In this document: positions 16,058-17,000 of the stretch, one piece after another
Layout of the letters: each line of letters opens with the position of its first letter
Position numbering within the stretch: the first letter of the stretch is position 1
Assembly: GCA_050298595.1 (NCBI GenBank)
Contig: JBNKUM010000104.1
Span: 1-17,000 of the forward strand
Source: Gammaproteobacteria bacterium
GTDB lineage: Bacteria > Pseudomonadota > Gammaproteobacteria > GCA-001735895
Reading direction: 5' to 3'
Length of the DNA: 17,000 bases
Made by a program: the position numbers and the translations under genes
The notes under the pieces: generated by a model
The model's database searches: none
What the model saw: only the letters and a program-made list of their open reading frames with translations
Told to the model about the DNA's origin: nothing

Positions 16058-16526
16058 CATAAACTGGATATCAAGAATAGCCAGAGAGACAGCAAAGGCA
16101 ACTTAATTGCAAGTTCGTCTGTTGTTGCCAACTAAAATGGAGAGCTATTTGGTGAGATGAAACAGTATCCTGAAGGTAGCGAGTTTGATGGTAACAGGTG
16201 CTCCATTAACTCAATTGCTGAACCTGATAATCTGACCTTTATTGATAAGTCAGATATTCTGATAATCGGTGAAGATACTGGCATGCATCAGCATTGACTA
16301 TATCTGGGTTTACAACGTGCTAACAAAAGATCTGACCCGAATCCTGACCACTCCTTATGGGTCAGAGACCACTTCACCCTTATGGTATCCCTATATTGCT
16401 GGCAACGCTTACCTGACAACCGATATCCAGCACCCATTCGGAGAAAGTGATCAAGATAAAGCCAGTGGTGCACAGCATCTGGAATCATGGATTGGTGTAG
16501 TTGGACCATTCCCAGCGTTTGAATAA
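16058..16526 (+). pseudogene. phoX: 3' fragment of a PhoX (DUF839) alkaline phosphatase gene
   Basis: Frame A: KLDIKNSQRDSKGNLIASS...N*NGE...CSINSIAEPDNLTFIDKSDILIIGEDTGMH, with an internal TAA at 16133-16135. Frameshift near 16290. Frame B: IWVYNVLTKDLTRILTTPYGSETTSPLWYP...IQHPFGESD. PDNL, GED and QHP are PhoX C-terminal motifs. Confidence 0.85.
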
Positions 16527-16586
16527 CCCTCGCAGGAGTAATATCCGTCTGGGCTTTAGCTGAGGCTTGATCCCAGACAAGCAAAA

Positions 16587-16634
16587 AAGCTTCGGCCTGA
16601 AAGTTATGTTTTACATCATTTCGGGCCGAAGCTT
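16587..16634. terminator. Long stem-loop, probable intrinsic terminator
   Basis: AAGCTTCGGCCTGAAA (16587-16602)/TTTCGGGCCGAAGCTT (16619-16634), 15/16 matches. The A-run at 16583-16588 gives a U-tract on the minus strand. Confidence 0.6.
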
Positions 16635-17000
16635 CTCAAGAGAGAACACAGGACAGCTGACTTGTACTGACTTATATTTGATCTAACAAGTACTGAATCT
16701 GGTCTTGATTTTATCCTGCAAAATCACACATAGCGGACATTCATTATTCTAGCTAGTATAGCTGCTTTCAACCCTAAGTTGCCGTTTAGGAAACATAAAA
16801 GTGAGCTGTAATACTAGAAAAATACTTGATCATAAATCGAAGACCTGACCATACATTTGCCGTTATTGTCTCAAATACGTTTCAAGAAGCTGAACCCTTG
16901 ATTTCTAGATTCTCGCTTAGGAATGTCAATAAACCGCGATCTGTCCCCTATTATTGCTATTTCAGCTCAGATATCAGAGGCGGCTCCGGTGACCATATAC

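Noticed and set aside
16288-16584. 98-aa minus-strand ORF
   Set aside because: It is antisense to the phoX remnant, which has clear family motifs.
1-17000. CRISPR array, tRNA or rRNA
   Set aside because: No regularly spaced 23-47-bp direct repeats, cloverleaf signatures or rRNA-like sequence were seen.

Overview
Bacterial chromosomal window, probably gammaproteobacterial (inferred from gene content and regulatory motifs). The left part (1-10.1 kb) is mostly recognisable. It holds the start of a urea ABC transporter operon (urtA-urtB-urtC', minus strand) behind a sigma-54 promoter with NtrC-type enhancer sites. A divergent DUF1127/MocR pair (yjiS/yjiR-like) follows, with an ATCTGT operator array and a short inverted-repeat element between the two genes. 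After these come a DUF2934 small protein, a cold-shock protein with a structured upstream region and a perfect FNR box, a TerB-like hypothetical protein and tex. The right part (10.2-17 kb) looks like a decaying accessory patch. It has an intact sigma-70 promoter and Shine-Dalgarno leading into a broken gene with an ATT start, then a candidate pseudoknot plus a 19-codon uORF ahead of an intact, uncharacterised, Cys-rich 683-aa beta-sandwich protein. Further right are a structured hairpin beside a remnant of a Y1/RAYT-type transposase, an AT-rich AraC + ABM monooxygenase pair, a cluster of short hairpin repeats and a truncated, frameshifted phoX. No rRNA, tRNA or CRISPR array was seen. All calls are by-eye motif recognition; no database searches were run.
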